DNA of 64,000 nucleotides from Aquabacterium sp. (GTDB lineage Bacteria > Pseudomonadota > Gammaproteobacteria > Burkholderiales > Burkholderiaceae_C). The DNA is taken from the NCBI GenBank assembly GCA_040400895.1, contig JBBAPL010000003.1:12283-76282 (forward strand). Direction: 5' to 3'. The notes under the pieces were generated by a model. The model was not told the DNA's origin, did no database searches, and worked only from the letters and a program-made list of their open reading frames with translations. The position numbers were made by a program, and so were the translations under genes. How positions within the stretch are numbered: position 1 is the stretch's first letter; each line of letters starts with the position of its first letter. Positions 18,230 to 27,666 of the stretch are shown here, piece after piece.

Positions 18230-18251
18230 GCCACCGGCTGCAGCCGGTGGC
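18230..18251. repeat. 22-bp perfect palindrome between convergent genes
   Basis: gccaccggctg|cagccggtggc is its own reverse complement. It lies between the M36 and TerB stops. Confidence 0.7.
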
Positions 18252-18264
18252 CGCAGCCGGGCAG

Positions 18265-18732
18265 TCAAGCCAGCCCGGCCGCCTGCTGCGCCCGCATGCG
18301 GGCGTTCACGTAAGCGCCCTGCGGCACGTGCAGCAGGTCGGCCACGCGCCACAGCACATGGCGCTCATGGTCGGCCAGGTGGCCGTCGGCATAGGCCACC
18401 TGCCACATCAGCTCGACCATGTGCAGCTTCTGCGCCATGTCGAAGCGGCTGTTGATCTGCGAAGTGAAGCCGAACAGATCGGTGGCCTGCTGCGCGGTGG
18501 CGGTGGCCAGTTCCGCCAGACGCTGGGCCTCGTCATCGGCCAGGTGGAAGACCTTGCGCAGCGCCGCCAGCACCGCCTGGCGCTCGGCGTCATGGAAGCT
18601 GGCATCGGCCCGCATCACCTCCACCAGCAGCACCGCGGTGGCCAGCTGCAAGGTGTGCTCGGCCGCCTGCGGTGGCGTGCCGCCGGCGGGTGGCAGCAGG
18701 CTGTCGAACAGGTCTTTCAGGGTCTTCAACAT
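18265..18732 (-). CDS. TerB-family protein
   Basis: LATAVLLVEVMRAD..F..ER..L..A..ATDLFGFTS.IN..MWQVAYADG.L..HE..RVADLL. Start MLKTLKDLF. Confidence 0.85.
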   Translation of the reverse strand: MLKTLKDLFDSLLPPAGGTPPQAAEHTLQLATAVLLVEVMRADASFHDAERQAVLAALRKVFHLADDEAQRLAELATATAQQATDLFGFTSQINSRFDMAQKLHMVELMWQVAYADGHLADHERHVLWRVADLLHVPQGAYVNARMRAQQAAGLA

Positions 18733-18749
18733 GCAGTGATCATGGCATG

Positions 18750-19670
18750 TCAGGCCGGCGGCCTGCTCACCCGCAGCATGGCCAGCGCCGCACCACCCAG
18801 CACCAGGCTGAAGCCCACCCAGTCGGTGGCCGACGGCCGGTCGCCCACCAAGGCCATCGCGCCCAGCACACCCACCACCGGCACCGCCAGGGTGGTCAGT
18901 GACGACACCGTGGCGCTGGCCGATGCCAGCAGCCGGTACCACAGCACATAGGCCACGGCGGTGGCGATCAGCACATGCCAGGCCAGCGCCACCTGCACGC
19001 GCAGCGGCCACACCGTGGGCAGGCGCTCGCTGGCCACCAGGGCCGCCACCGCCGCCACGGCGGCGCCGATGCCCAGCTGCCAGGCGGTCAGCACGATGCG
19101 GTCGCCCGGCGGCGGCCAGCGCTTGGTGGCCACCGTGCCCAGCGCCCAGGCCAGTGCCGCGCCCAGCGGCAGCAGCAGGCCCCAGAGCGAATGCCCCGGC
19201 GCTTGGGGCGAGCCCCCCGCCGCCGCGGCCAGCGCGTGCAGCACCGGCACCGCCAGACAGGCCACGCCCAGCCCGCCCAGGCCCAGGGCCATCTGGCTGC
19301 GGCGGTCAGGCCGGTCGCCCAGCAGCCACCAGGCCAGGCCGGCCGACATCAGCGGCATGGTGAAGGTGAGCACGGCTGCGCGTGAGGTGCTGGTGGTCAG
19401 CTGCGCAAACGCGGTGCAGATGTTGAACACCGCCACCGTCAGCAGCCCGCCCACCCAGATGGCGGGCCAGGCCGCGCGCTGCGGCCACAGCGGCGTGCGC
19501 CGCAGCAGCGCCAGGCCGGCCAGCAGCACCACGCCCAGCCCCAGGCCCAGCGCCCGCGCGGAGAACGGCGGAATGACCGACAGCATGGTCTTGACCGCCG
19601 GCCAGTTCAGGCCCCAGGCGATGGCCAGCAGAGGCGGGATCAGCGCGGGCCGCAGCACAGGGCTCAGCAT
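18750..19670 (-). CDS. DMT (EamA) family transporter
   Basis: About 10 hydrophobic segments; WGLNWPAVK, FTMPLMSA, TLAVPVVG. Confidence 0.85.
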   Translation of the reverse strand: MLSPVLRPALIPPLLAIAWGLNWPAVKTMLSVIPPFSARALGLGLGVVLLAGLALLRRTPLWPQRAAWPAIWVGGLLTVAVFNICTAFAQLTTSTSRAAVLTFTMPLMSAGLAWWLLGDRPDRRSQMALGLGGLGVACLAVPVLHALAAAAGGSPQAPGHSLWGLLLPLGAALAWALGTVATKRWPPPGDRIVLTAWQLGIGAAVAAVAALVASERLPTVWPLRVQVALAWHVLIATAVAYVLWYRLLASASATVSSLTTLAVPVVGVLGAMALVGDRPSATDWVGFSLVLGGAALAMLRVSRPPA

Positions 19671-19799
19671 GGGGGAAGCGAGACCGTGGCAGGCAGATGG
19701 GGCATGGCACCATGCTGGCATGCGTGCTGGCTGCCCTGCGTGCCGCAGGCGACAGCCGCCACCGCCCCCGCACTGCCCCACCAACGGAGACACCTGCCC

Positions 19800-21254
19800 A
19801 TGACCGTGGACACCCCCACCGCCGCAACCTTGCTGCGCCGCTTCGACGACCTGCCCGGCCCGCGCGCGCTGCCCGTGGTGGGCAACCTGCTGCAGATCAA
19901 GCCCGACCGGCTGCACCTGCAGATGGAACAGTGGTGCCGCCAGTACGGGCCGATCTTCAAGCTGCAACTGGGGCCGCGCAAGGCGGTGGTGTTCGGTGAC
20001 CACAGCCTGGTGCAGGCCATGCTGCGCGACCGGCCCGACGGCTTCCGCCGCACCAGCCGGCTGCGCGAGATCGTCGAGGAGATGGGCCTGCCGGTGGGCG
20101 TGTTCAATGCCACCGGTGACACCTGGAAGGCCCAGCGCCGCATGGTGATGCACGGCTTCGACCCCACCCATGTGCGGCGCTACTTCCCATCGCTGCAGGG
20201 TGTGGCCCAGCGGCTGGTGGGGCGCTGGCAGAAGGCGGCCGCGGGCGGCGCCGCCATCGACCTGCAGGCCGACCTGATGCGCTACACCGTCGACACCATC
20301 GCCGGCCTGGCCTTCGGCGCGGCGGTGAACACGCTGGAGACCGACGACGACGTGATCCAGCAGCACCTGGACACCATTTTCCCGGCGATCACCCGGCGGG
20401 TGTTCGCCCCGCTGCCCACCTGGCGATGGTTTCCGTCGCAGGCCGACCGCGAGCTGCAGCGCAGCCTGGTGGTGGTGAAGGAGGCGGTGGACGGCTTCAT
20501 CGTGCAGGCCCGCGCGACGCTGGCGGCCGACCCGGCCCGGCGCGAGGGCCCGCACAACCTGCTCGAGGCCATGATCACCGCGGCCGACCAGCCCGACAGC
20601 GGCATCGACGACGGCCAGGTGGCCGGCAATGTGCTGACCATGCTGCTGGCCGGTGAGGACACCACCGCCAACACCATCGCCTGGATGATCCACCTGCTGT
20701 GGGCCAACCCGCTGACGCTGGCCATGGCCACCGAAGAGGTGCGCCGGGTGTGCGGAAGCGAGCCCCTGCCTACGCTGGACATGGTGGAGCAGCTGGACTA
20801 CGTGGAAGCCTGCTGCCACGAGACCATGCGCCTGAAACCGGTGGCCCCGCTGATGCCGCAACAGGCCTTGCGCGACAGCACCGTGGGCGGGGTGCAAATC
20901 ACCACCGGCATGATCGTCTTCGGCCTGATGCGGGTGGATTCGGTCAGCGACGCCCATGTGCCGCAGGCCGCACAGTTCGACCCCCAGCGCTGGCTGGCCG
21001 ATGGCCGGCCCGGCCAGGCCGCCAGCGCCGCCAAGCGCATCTCCATGCCATTCGGCGCCGGGCCGCGCATCTGCCCGGGCCGCTATCTGGCGATGCTGGA
21101 GATGAAGATGGCGATGGCCGTGCTGCTGCAGCACTTCGACATCGCCCGGGTCGACACCGCCGACGGCCAGGCGCCCGTGGAGCAGCTGAACTTCACGATG
21201 ACGCCGGTCGGCTTGCGCATGCGGCTGCGGCTGCGCGATCCCGCAGCCGCCTGA
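19800..21254 (+). CDS. Cytochrome P450
   Basis: LPGPRALPVVGNL proline-rich hinge, AGEDTTA I-helix, ETMR (ExxR), FDPQRW, FGAGPRICPG heme cysteine. Confidence 0.95.
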   Translation: MTVDTPTAATLLRRFDDLPGPRALPVVGNLLQIKPDRLHLQMEQWCRQYGPIFKLQLGPRKAVVFGDHSLVQAMLRDRPDGFRRTSRLREIVEEMGLPVGVFNATGDTWKAQRRMVMHGFDPTHVRRYFPSLQGVAQRLVGRWQKAAAGGAAIDLQADLMRYTVDTIAGLAFGAAVNTLETDDDVIQQHLDTIFPAITRRVFAPLPTWRWFPSQADRELQRSLVVVKEAVDGFIVQARATLAADPARREGPHNLLEAMITAADQPDSGIDDGQVAGNVLTMLLAGEDTTANTIAWMIHLLWANPLTLAMATEEVRRVCGSEPLPTLDMVEQLDYVEACCHETMRLKPVAPLMPQQALRDSTVGGVQITTGMIVFGLMRVDSVSDAHVPQAAQFDPQRWLADGRPGQAASAAKRISMPFGAGPRICPGRYLAMLEMKMAMAVLLQHFDIARVDTADGQAPVEQLNFTMTPVGLRMRLRLRDPAAA

Positions 21255-21324
21255 TCCGCCCCCGCCGCGTCCACAGGTCCGGAAACGGCCAGCCGGCGTG
21301 GGTGCGCCCAGGCAGCATCGGCGC

Positions 21325-22635
21325 ATGCCTGCCATCCCCTCCGTGACCGACGACGCCGAGCCGGCCCCCCAGCCAACCGCCCGCACGGCGCCCCACAAGA
21401 CGCCCCACAAGGCGCCCGTCACCGGCCTGCCCGCGCCCTTCCAGCGCCTGGCCGGTGCCAACCTGGCAGCCCAGGCCGCCGAGCAGATCAGCTTGGCTGC
21501 CGTGCCGATGGTGGCGGTGCTGGCGCTGCACGCCGGGCCGGGCCAGATCGGCCTGCTGCACATGGTGCAGAGCCTGCCCTTCCTGCTGCTGGCCATCCCG
21601 CTGGGGCTGCTGGCCGACCGCCAATCGCGCCGCCGGCTGATGGTGGTGGCCGAATCACTGCGCGCGCTGTCGCTGGCCGGGCTGCTGCTGGGCACGGCCA
21701 GCGGGCAGCTGTCGCTGCTGCTGCTGGGTGCGCTGGGCTTCCTGGGCGCAGCCGGCACGGTGGGCTTCAGCGTGGCCGCGCCGGCCCTGGTGCCGGCCCT
21801 GGTCCCGCGTGACCAGTTGGGCACGGCCAACAGCCGGCTGGAGCTGGCCCGCAGCATCGCCTATGCCGGCGGGCCGGCGCTGGCCGGTGCGCTGGTGGGC
21901 TGGGCCGGCGGTGGCCTGGCGTTTGCGCTGGCCACGGCCCTGTCGCTGGCGGCGGTGGGTCTGCTGGCACGCCTGCCCGAGCCGGCCCGCGCCCCCGCCC
22001 CACCGCGCCACCCCTGGCTGGAGCTGCGTGAGGGCGCGGCCCTGGTCTGGCAGCACCGGCTGCTGCGGCCGGTGCTGCTGACCGCCGTGGCGTGGAACCT
22101 GGCCTGGTTCGTGTTGCAGGCGGCCTATGTGCCCTACGCCATGCGCAGCCTGGGGCTGGACGCGCAGGCGGTGGGCTTCACGCTGGCCGCCTACGGCGCC
22201 GGCATGGTGCTGGGCGCACTGGCCGCGCCGCGCATCCTGGCGGCGCTGCCCTTCGGCACGGTGGTGGTGCTGGGGCCGCTGTGCTCGGTGCTGGCCATGG
22301 CCACCATGACCGCCACGCTGCTGTGGCCCACCGGCCTGCTGGCCGGGCTGGCGTTTTTCCTGTTCGGCGCCGGGCCGATCCTGTGGACCATCAGCAGCAC
22401 CACGCTGCGCCAGACCGTCACGCCGCAGGCGCTGCTGGGGCGGGTGTCAGCGATCTTCCTCACGGTGAACATGGGCGCGCGGCCAGTGGGCGCGGCGCTG
22501 GGCGCGGCCGTGGGCGCGCAGTGGGGCGCCGCAGCCTGCCTGCTGCTGGCGCTGGCGGGGTTCGTGGTGCAGGCCGCGGTGATTGGCGCCTCACCGGTGC
22601 GCACGCTGGCGCAGTTGCCGCCGCACGCCGGCTGA
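21325..22635 (+). CDS. MFS transporter (MFS_3 / H+ antiporter-like)
   Basis: About 12 TM segments; GLLADRQSRRRLM motif A; RQTVTPQALLGRVS. Confidence 0.88.
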   Translation: MPAIPSVTDDAEPAPQPTARTAPHKTPHKAPVTGLPAPFQRLAGANLAAQAAEQISLAAVPMVAVLALHAGPGQIGLLHMVQSLPFLLLAIPLGLLADRQSRRRLMVVAESLRALSLAGLLLGTASGQLSLLLLGALGFLGAAGTVGFSVAAPALVPALVPRDQLGTANSRLELARSIAYAGGPALAGALVGWAGGGLAFALATALSLAAVGLLARLPEPARAPAPPRHPWLELREGAALVWQHRLLRPVLLTAVAWNLAWFVLQAAYVPYAMRSLGLDAQAVGFTLAAYGAGMVLGALAAPRILAALPFGTVVVLGPLCSVLAMATMTATLLWPTGLLAGLAFFLFGAGPILWTISSTTLRQTVTPQALLGRVSAIFLTVNMGARPVGAALGAAVGAQWGAAACLLLALAGFVVQAAVIGASPVRTLAQLPPHAG

Positions 22636-22690
22636 CCGCCTGCAGGCCCAGCCGCTTGACCGGAGCGCCGCGCAGACCGATGCTGCGGGC

Positions 22691-23356
22691 ATGCATCGCC
22701 GCACCCTCTGCCTCGCCCCCCTGTCGCTGCTGGCCGCCTGCAGCACCCCACCATCGGCGCCCGCCAGCGACCTCTGGTTCATCTTCCTGGAAACCGGCCG
22801 CCCCACCCCGCCCGACAAGGCCGCGGTGGCCGCCATGCAGACCGGCCACATCGACAACTTCAAGCGCCTGTTCGGGCTGGGGCAGTTGCTGGCCGCCGGG
22901 CCGCTGGCCGACCCCGGCCAGGCCAAGCGGGGCATCGTGGTGGTGCGGGCCGACAGCCTGACCACGCTGACAGGCTACTTCCAGCCCGACGCCTATGTGC
23001 GTGACGGCTACATGCAGGTCAACGCCCGGCGCGCCGTGGCCCACGCACCGCTGCACACCGAAGGCATCGACGCCACCCGCATCGAGGAGGTGCGCATCGT
23101 GCTGATCGGCCGGCCGGCCGGGGCCGACCCGGCGGCCACGCAGCGCCACGCGCTGCTTCGCCAGTTGGTGCACGCCGGCCGGCTGGGTGCCTGGTACACG
23201 CTGGCCGACGGCCCGGTGGCCGAGGTGCTGCTGGCGCGCGGCACCGACACCGCCGCGCTGCAGGCCGCGCTGGCGCCCTATGCCGCCGCCGGACCGGCGG
23301 TGGCCGTGGACGTGTGGCGGCAGTGGATCAGCCCCGGCGTGGTGGGGCCACGTTGA
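22691..23356 (+). CDS. Lipoprotein with a YciI-related domain and a probable second degenerate copy
   Basis: Lipobox LLAAC; WFIFLETG..MQTGHIDNFKRL..GQLLAAGPLAD..RGIVV..DAYVRDG. Confidence 0.7.
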   Translation: MHRRTLCLAPLSLLAACSTPPSAPASDLWFIFLETGRPTPPDKAAVAAMQTGHIDNFKRLFGLGQLLAAGPLADPGQAKRGIVVVRADSLTTLTGYFQPDAYVRDGYMQVNARRAVAHAPLHTEGIDATRIEEVRIVLIGRPAGADPAATQRHALLRQLVHAGRLGAWYTLADGPVAEVLLARGTDTAALQAALAPYAAAGPAVAVDVWRQWISPGVVGPR

Positions 23357-23365
23357 GCGACTGAG

Positions 23366-24865
23366 TCAAGGCCGGGTGCGAATCCCTGCGCCCAGGTGCT
23401 TCCACGGCAGATCACCCGGGTCGGCGGCCATCGGGCCGGCGGCCTTGGCCACCAGCACGCTGCTGGCGATGGGCGTGAAGTCGGCGCGGAAGTGGTTGCT
23501 GCTCTTGACCACGATGATGCGCATGGCCTCGGCGGTGATGCCCACCATGCGCAGCAGTTCGCGGTCCAGCAACTGCTTCTTGCCGCTGACCACGGCCACC
23601 AGGATGCCGTCGATCTCCAGGCAGGCGCTGGGGCCCAGGTTCACGGTCAGGCCCCGCATCATCGGGCCCTTCAGTGTCACCCGGCCGTCGCTGACGGCAC
23701 GCACCTTGAAGCGGCCGCGCACCGGCGGGTCGCTCAGCTGGCCGGTGAAGGTGGGCACGGCGGTGCCCAGGGTCAGGTCGAGCTCGGCACCGACGCCGGC
23801 TTCCAGTGCCGCGCGGCCGGCAACGGCATCGAACACCATGCCCAATGCCACCTGACCCGGGAGGCGCTTGCCCGCGCCCTGGGCGATCAGCGCATGCAGC
23901 AGGCCGGTGGTGTTGCTGTCGCCGCCGGCACCGGGGTTGTCCTGCGTGTCGGCGATGACCACCGGCTTGGCGGCGTTGGCCGCCAGCGCCAGGGCCTGGG
24001 TGACGGCGTCGCGCGCGCTGAAGATCTGCTGCTGCCATTGCGCCGGGTCGGCCACCAGCTTGAACAGCTGCTCCACCGCAGCCTCGGCCTGTGGCCCATG
24101 GCCCCACACCATCGGCGCGCATTCGTCGAAGTCGCTGGCCGGGAAGCCCATGCAGAAGCTCAGCACCGTGCCGTGGCGCTTGTCCAGCTCGGCCAGGGCC
24201 TCGTACAGGCCCTGGGCCGGCTGCATCCAGGTGCTCTGCGCGTTGAGCGGGATCAGGAAGGGCAGGCGCCGCGCATGCTGCGGCTCGCGCTGGCCGGCAT
24301 GCAGTCGGCGGGCCAGGAGCTGCGCCGCCAGCTCGCCGGTGGCGGCCATGTCCACGTGCGGGTAGGTGCGGTAGCTGACCAGGGCGTCGGCCTCGCGCAG
24401 CATGCGGTGGGTGACGTTGGCGTGCAGGTCCAGGCTGGCGACGATCGGCAGCTTGGGGCCGACGATGGCGCGCAGCCGGGCCAGCAGTTCGCCTTCGCTG
24501 TCGGCGGCATGCTCGGCCACGGCGGCGCCGTGCAGGTCGAGGTAGATGCCGTCCAGTCCGCCGGCGGCGGCAGCGCGCACATCGGCCACGATGGTGTCGG
24601 CAATGCGCTCGAAGGCATCCCGGGTGACGAAGCTCGACGGAATGGCGCCAGCCCAGCAGGATGGCAGCAGGGTCCAGCCATGGGTTCTGGCGGCGTCGAT
24701 GAAGCCGCCGATGGGGATGTTGACCCCGGTCATCAGGTCCTGCATCGCCCGGCCCTGGCTGAAGGCGGGGAAGGAGTCGCCGCGGGTGAAGGCCGGCCAG
24801 TCGGCCAGGCTGGGGGCGAAGGTGTTGGTCTCGTGCTGGTAGCCAGCGATCAGGATGCGGGGCAT
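23366..24865 (-). CDS. M81-family metallopeptidase (MlrC-like), copy 1
   Basis: QHETNTF, YLDLHGA, LDLHAN, YRTYPHVD, DTQDNPGAG, VVKSSNHFRADF. Confidence 0.9.
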   Translation of the reverse strand: MPRILIAGYQHETNTFAPSLADWPAFTRGDSFPAFSQGRAMQDLMTGVNIPIGGFIDAARTHGWTLLPSCWAGAIPSSFVTRDAFERIADTIVADVRAAAAGGLDGIYLDLHGAAVAEHAADSEGELLARLRAIVGPKLPIVASLDLHANVTHRMLREADALVSYRTYPHVDMAATGELAAQLLARRLHAGQREPQHARRLPFLIPLNAQSTWMQPAQGLYEALAELDKRHGTVLSFCMGFPASDFDECAPMVWGHGPQAEAAVEQLFKLVADPAQWQQQIFSARDAVTQALALAANAAKPVVIADTQDNPGAGGDSNTTGLLHALIAQGAGKRLPGQVALGMVFDAVAGRAALEAGVGAELDLTLGTAVPTFTGQLSDPPVRGRFKVRAVSDGRVTLKGPMMRGLTVNLGPSACLEIDGILVAVVSGKKQLLDRELLRMVGITAEAMRIIVVKSSNHFRADFTPIASSVLVAKAAGPMAADPGDLPWKHLGAGIRTRP

Positions 24866-24932
24866 GTGCGGGGCGGGTCAGTTGAGCAGCGGCGATCAGT
24901 ATCGCCCGCGTGCCGGGCCGCCAGCCTGGGGA

Positions 24933-26630
24933 TCAGCCCGCAGCGTCGGCCGCCACCACCCGGTCGCGGCCCTGGGCCTTGGCGTCATACAGGGCCCGGT
25001 CGGCCGCCACCATCAGGCGGTCAAAGTCGGCATCTCCGCTGTCGGGGCCGACCCAGGTCGACACGCCGATGCTGACGGTGAACGGCAGTTGCACGCCGCC
25101 CACCTGCGCAGGCTGCGCCAGGATGCATTGGCGCAGCCGCTGGGCCAGCACCAGCGCACCCTCCAGCGTGGTCTGCGGCAGCAGCGCGGCAAACTCTTCA
25201 CCGCCCACCCGGCCGAAGATGTCGCCCTGGCGCATCACGCTCTCGGTGGTGGCGGCAAAGCTGCGCAGCACGGCGTCACCACCGGCGTGGCCCAACTGGT
25301 CGTTGACGGACTTGAAGTGGTCCAGGTCGATCATCAGCAGCGCCACCGGCGTGCCGTGGCGCAGTGCGCGCGACAACTCGTCGGCGGCCAGGTCGGTGAA
25401 GCGGCGGCGGTTGAGCACGCCGGTCAGCGCGTCGGTGTGGGCCAAGCCCTCCAGACGGGCCTCGGTCTCCTTGCGGCGGGTGATGTTCATGCGCAGGCCC
25501 GATACCCGCAGCGGGGCGCCGTCGGGCGCGCGTTCCACCACCCGGCCGCGGGCCTGCATCCACACCCAGTGGCCCAGCTTGTGGCGGATGCGGAACTCAG
25601 TCTCGAAGGTGCTGGTGCTGCCCAGCAGGTGGGCCTCCCAGGCCAGCAAGCGGGCAGTGGCATCGTCGGGGTGCACCAGGGCGTCCCAGGCGTCGATGGT
25701 GTCGGGCACCTCGTCGCGGCCGTAGCCCAGCATGGCATGCCAGTGGCCGTTGACCGAGCCCATGCGGCCGGTGCGCAGGTCGGCGTCCCAGAACACCAGG
25801 TCGGCGTCCATCATGGCCAGGTCCATCAGGGCGGTCAGTTCCTGCTGGCGCTGCTGGTAGCGCAGCTCTTCGGTCACATCGGACAGCACCGACAGGTGCA
25901 CGCCCGGCAGCACGTTGGCCACCGCGTTGTACTGCGCATCGACCACGCTGCCGTCGCTGCGGCGCAGGCGCACCCGGCCGCTGGCACTGCCGGCGGCCAA
26001 GAAGGCGGCCCAGACGGCGGCGGTGTCGATGCGGTCCGGCACCACCACTTCCGACACCTGCCGGCCGATCAACTGGTCATGGGTGTAGCCCAGCAGGCGG
26101 CAGGCGGCCGGGTTGGCGTCCAGGTAGCGACCGTCTTCCGACGCCAGCAAGATGGCATTGAGTGCATGCTGGAAGATCGCTGTCAGCCGCGCCTGCGACC
26201 GCGCCAGCGCCTGCTCGGCGCGGCTGCGCTCGGTGATGTCGCGCCAACGCACCACCACGGCCGGCACGCCCCCGCGCACCTGCAGCGGCGACACATGGCG
26301 CTCGAACACCCGGCCATCGACCAGGGTCAGGGTGTCGAAGATGCCGCTGCTGTCGGTCTGCAGCAGCTGCGGCATGCCGTCCAGGTAGGCCTGGGCTTGC
26401 ACCAGCTGGCCGGCGGTGTGGTGGCGCCATTCCATCGGATCACGCCGCAGCAGCATGTCGGGCGGAAAGTTCCACAGCGCCATGTAGCGCTCGTTGAAGG
26501 CCAGGATGCGACCGTCTCGGCCGAGCACCAGGATGCCGTCTGGCGCCGACTCGAAGGTGGTGCGCACCGCCAGGTCGTCGGCCAGCAGGTCCACGCCATG
26601 CGGTGGCATGGCAGGCCCATGATCAGCCAC
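24933..26630 (-). CDS. Diguanylate cyclase with three PAS domains (PAS-PAS-PAS-GGDEF); start may be 26609
   Basis: MIDLDHFKSVNDQLGHAGGD, RQGD I-site, RVGGEEF, ADRALYDAKAQGRD. The PAS repeats end in RDITE, SDVTE and MNITR. Confidence 0.92.
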   Translation of the reverse strand: MADHGPAMPPHGVDLLADDLAVRTTFESAPDGILVLGRDGRILAFNERYMALWNFPPDMLLRRDPMEWRHHTAGQLVQAQAYLDGMPQLLQTDSSGIFDTLTLVDGRVFERHVSPLQVRGGVPAVVVRWRDITERSRAEQALARSQARLTAIFQHALNAILLASEDGRYLDANPAACRLLGYTHDQLIGRQVSEVVVPDRIDTAAVWAAFLAAGSASGRVRLRRSDGSVVDAQYNAVANVLPGVHLSVLSDVTEELRYQQRQQELTALMDLAMMDADLVFWDADLRTGRMGSVNGHWHAMLGYGRDEVPDTIDAWDALVHPDDATARLLAWEAHLLGSTSTFETEFRIRHKLGHWVWMQARGRVVERAPDGAPLRVSGLRMNITRRKETEARLEGLAHTDALTGVLNRRRFTDLAADELSRALRHGTPVALLMIDLDHFKSVNDQLGHAGGDAVLRSFAATTESVMRQGDIFGRVGGEEFAALLPQTTLEGALVLAQRLRQCILAQPAQVGGVQLPFTVSIGVSTWVGPDSGDADFDRLMVAADRALYDAKAQGRDRVVAADAAG

Positions 26631-27654
26631 GATCGAACCCGACCAGCACGTTGACCGCGTTCAGCCCGACCTCGTCGGTGGCATAGCCGCCCTCGAAGAC
26701 GAACAGCACTGGCACGCCCAGGCGGCGCAGGCGCGCGCCGATGGCCAGGTAGTCGGCGCTGGCGAGCTTGAACTTCGAGATCGGGTCCAGCGCGAAGGTG
26801 TCCACGCCCAGCGACACCACCACCGCCCCGCAGCCCTGGGCCAGCGTGGCGTCGATGGCCATGTCCAGCGCCGCCAGGTAGGCCGGTGCGATGGTGCCGG
26901 CGGGCAGCGGCAGGTTCAGGTTGAAGCCGGCGCCGGGGCCTTCGCCCACCTCATCGGCGTGGCCGCTGAGGTACGGATAGTCGTCATGCGGGTCGGCATG
27001 CAGGCTGGTAACGAACACATCGCTGCGCTGCCAGAAGATGGCCTGCGTGCCGTTGCCGTGGTGGTAGTCGATGTCGACCACGCCCACCCGCGCCACGCCG
27101 CCGTCACGCAGCTGCTGCACCGCGATGGCGGCGTTGTTCAAATAGCAGTAGCCGCCCATGGCGCGGGCGGTGGCATGGTGGCCGGGCGGGCGGCAGATGG
27201 CGAAGGCACTGGGCGCCCCGGCCAGCAGCGCCTGCGCACCGCCGATGGTGCACTGCGCGCTCCAGTAGGCGGCCTGCCAGGTGCCGGGCACGATGGCGCA
27301 GCCGGCGTCCAGCGCCCAGTAACCCAGCGCGCCCTCGATGTGGCGCGGCTCGGTCTGCGGCAGGCCCAGCCCGGCGTGCCACACCATGCCCAGCGCCGGG
27401 TGGGTGTGGCCCAGCGCCGCCCAGCGCGCCCAGGCGCCCTGCAGGAAGTCGACGTAGCGCGCGTCATGCACGGCCAGCACCGGCGCCAGCCCGGCGTCGG
27501 CCGGCGCATGCACCGCGCCCAGACGGGCGTCGATGAAGGCACTGCGCACGCTGTCGGCGCGCACCGGCAATTCAAAACCGCTGACGAGGCGGCCGCCGAT
27601 CAGTTCACCGTGCCCGTGGTGGGCGGCATGGTGTGCACTGAACCAGGCGTCCAT
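26623..27654 (-). CDS. Histone deacetylase-family amidohydrolase (acetylpolyamine amidohydrolase-like)
   Basis: CRPPGHH, GGYCYLNN, DIDYHHGNGT, SLGVD, FEGGY. Confidence 0.92.
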   Translation of the reverse strand: MDAWFSAHHAAHHGHGELIGGRLVSGFELPVRADSVRSAFIDARLGAVHAPADAGLAPVLAVHDARYVDFLQGAWARWAALGHTHPALGMVWHAGLGLPQTEPRHIEGALGYWALDAGCAIVPGTWQAAYWSAQCTIGGAQALLAGAPSAFAICRPPGHHATARAMGGYCYLNNAAIAVQQLRDGGVARVGVVDIDYHHGNGTQAIFWQRSDVFVTSLHADPHDDYPYLSGHADEVGEGPGAGFNLNLPLPAGTIAPAYLAALDMAIDATLAQGCGAVVVSLGVDTFALDPISKFKLASADYLAIGARLRRLGVPVLFVFEGGYATDEVGLNAVNVLVGFDRG

Positions 27655-27666
27655 GGCGATGCACCT

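Noticed and set aside
18750-21857. 1035-aa ORF on the minus strand
   Set aside because: Only its last ~306 aa (DMT, start 19670) is a real gene; the rest is antisense to the P450 and MFS.
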